Positions 62,906 through 64,000 of a stretch of DNA of 64,000 bases are shown in pieces. Positions within the stretch are counted from its first letter, which is position 1. The number at the start of each line of letters is the position of its first letter. The notes under the pieces are model-generated. The model saw only the letters and a program-made list of their open reading frames with translations, was not told where the DNA came from and did not search any database. The stretch comes from Corallochytrium limacisporum Hawaii (taxonomy: Eukaryota > Protista > Pluriformea). The stretch spans positions 131,035 through 195,034 of the forward strand of contig PDIP01000026.1 in the NCBI GenBank assembly GCA_002811645.1, in the 5' to 3' direction. A program made the translations under genes and the position numbers.

Positions 62906-64000
62906 CTATTGAGGCCCCTTAGCGGGCTGTGGGCTGTCCGCCACTGCCGCATCAAAGGCCTTTTTGAAGGACTCGGCATCCTCATCCTTTCGGAAGCGAA
63001 TCATAAAGATGGTGTGCTCACCCATTGGGCTGTCACTGATATCGGCAGCGGTCATCCATGTGAATAGTTTGTTATTTGAGGGCACGTTCTCCAGCTTCAT
63101 GCTGCCATTGATCGCATGGTTCGCACCGAGCTTGTGCACGACGTCGCGGCGCATGATGAATCTTTTGCGTGTGCTCACTGGGTCCTGAAGGATACGGGCT
63201 GGACCGATACCACGCTCCTTCCATTGCTTCTCTTCGGGGTCCATGCGGAAGAGCTTGACACGATCGCATTCCCATAGTACCTCCTCGTCTTCCTCACCAG
63301 TTACGGTCTCAACCTTGTCAAGCTGAACAACCGGCTTGAACTCGACTTCCGGTTCATAGTCCTCGACATAGTCGCGCTCCTGACCTTCTGTGTTCTCACC
63401 AGCTCCATCTTTGGCTTCTCTTTCATTCGAGCCAGCCGAAGTTACGGCGCCTTCAAAGAGCGGCTTCACTTCACCTGCATTCTTCTGGCCAAACAGACCA
63501 CCCTCGCCAGGCTTGCTACTCCATGAAGCCCCAGAGTCTGTTCCCTTCTTAGCAGCAAGGGCGGCAAAATTGAAGCCCTCACCACTGCTCGCTGCACCAA
63601 ACGGGTTGGCCGCAGGTGGATTGTTACTGCTTTTCGCAAGGTCAGCGAAAGAGAAGCCGCCACCAGCTGCACTGCCGGCAGCACCACTGCCAAAAGTAAA
63701 CGCAGCCGCGGGGGATGCCTGCGTCTTTGAGGTCGAGGAGACTGTCTCTGATGCCTCCTTCACTGGAGATGACGCCGTAGCCTCAGGGACTGTTTGATCC
63801 TGCTCAGAAGTACTTTCATCTTCCTTCGGTTGAGCCTCCGGGGTCTTCGGGGCTACCTTCGGGGGACTGGCTGGTTGGCTTGTGGAAGGGATGGAACCAG
63901 CTGATTCCGAAGCCTTCTCAATCACCATGGGGTTTCCTGCCACACAGTCATCAAAGGCTTTCTTGAATGCTTCGCCGTCCTCTTCCTTCTTAAAGCGGAT
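62906..64000 (-). CDS. FG-containing protein with at least two Ran-binding domains, RanBP2/Nup358-like (5' end beyond the window)
   Basis: Complete RanBD: FKPVVQL..VETVTGEEDEE...KLFR...WKERGIG...MRRD.VHKLGANH. FTFG, FSF and GLFG motifs are present. The frame is open to 64000 and begins IRFKKEEDGEAFKKAFD, the end of a previous RanBD. Confidence 0.85.
   Translation of the reverse strand: MRFKKEEDGEAFKKAFDDCVAGNPMVIEKASESAGSIPSTSQPASPPKVAPKTPEAQPKEDESTSEQDQTVPEATASSPVKEASETVSSTSKTQASPAAAFTFGSGAAGSAAGGGFSFADLAKSSNNPPAANPFGAASSGEGFNFAALAAKKGTDSGASWSSKPGEGGLFGQKNAGEVKPLFEGAVTSAGSNEREAKDGAGENTEGQERDYVEDYEPEVEFKPVVQLDKVETVTGEEDEEVLWECDRVKLFRMDPEEKQWKERGIGPARILQDPVSTRKRFIMRRDVVHKLGANHAINGSMKLENVPSNNKLFTWMTAADISDSPMGEHTIFMIRFRKDEDAESFKKAFDAAVADSPQPAKGPQ

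Noticed and set aside
1-64000. tRNA genes, CRISPR arrays, transposons
   Set aside because: No T-loop/cloverleaf, repeat-spacer array, transposase/RT ORF or terminal repeats were seen by eye. tRNAscan-SE and RepeatModeler would be needed to exclude them.

Overview
Gene-dense eukaryotic DNA with about 24 single-exon protein-coding genes, one clear pseudogene, and an assembly gap at 46741-46961. No intron is needed to explain any gene, even the 5-6.7 kb ORFs, and convergent genes end only 23-185 bp apart. The content mixes animal-like centriole/mitosis genes (WAPL, rotatin, NEK1-like, CCDC138, a centlein-like giant coiled coil, ASPM, a multi-RanBD nucleoporin) with microbial or fungal-type genes (type-1 rhodopsin, PhoD, OCA6-like, Vps62, tropinone-reductase-like SDR). 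This points to a unicellular opisthokont, probably a holozoan; the intronless compact layout resembles Corallochytrium, which is an inference only. Main observations: (1) a bacteriorhodopsin-type DTD proton pump; (2) a centriole/cohesin gene cluster whose promoters share E2F sites, most with CHR-like (TTTGAA) sites nearby; (3) a decayed kinesin-2 (KIF17/OSM-3-like) ciliary motor; (4) CTCF-like SVY[DE]F motifs in WAPL; (5) a tandem-RanBD Nup358-like gene; (6) a 52-aa ATP synthase subunit j-like microprotein missed by the ORF track; (7) a G-alpha with no N-terminal lipidation site. No tRNA, rRNA, CRISPR array or transposon was recognised. All family calls come from motif recognition by eye, not from database searches.
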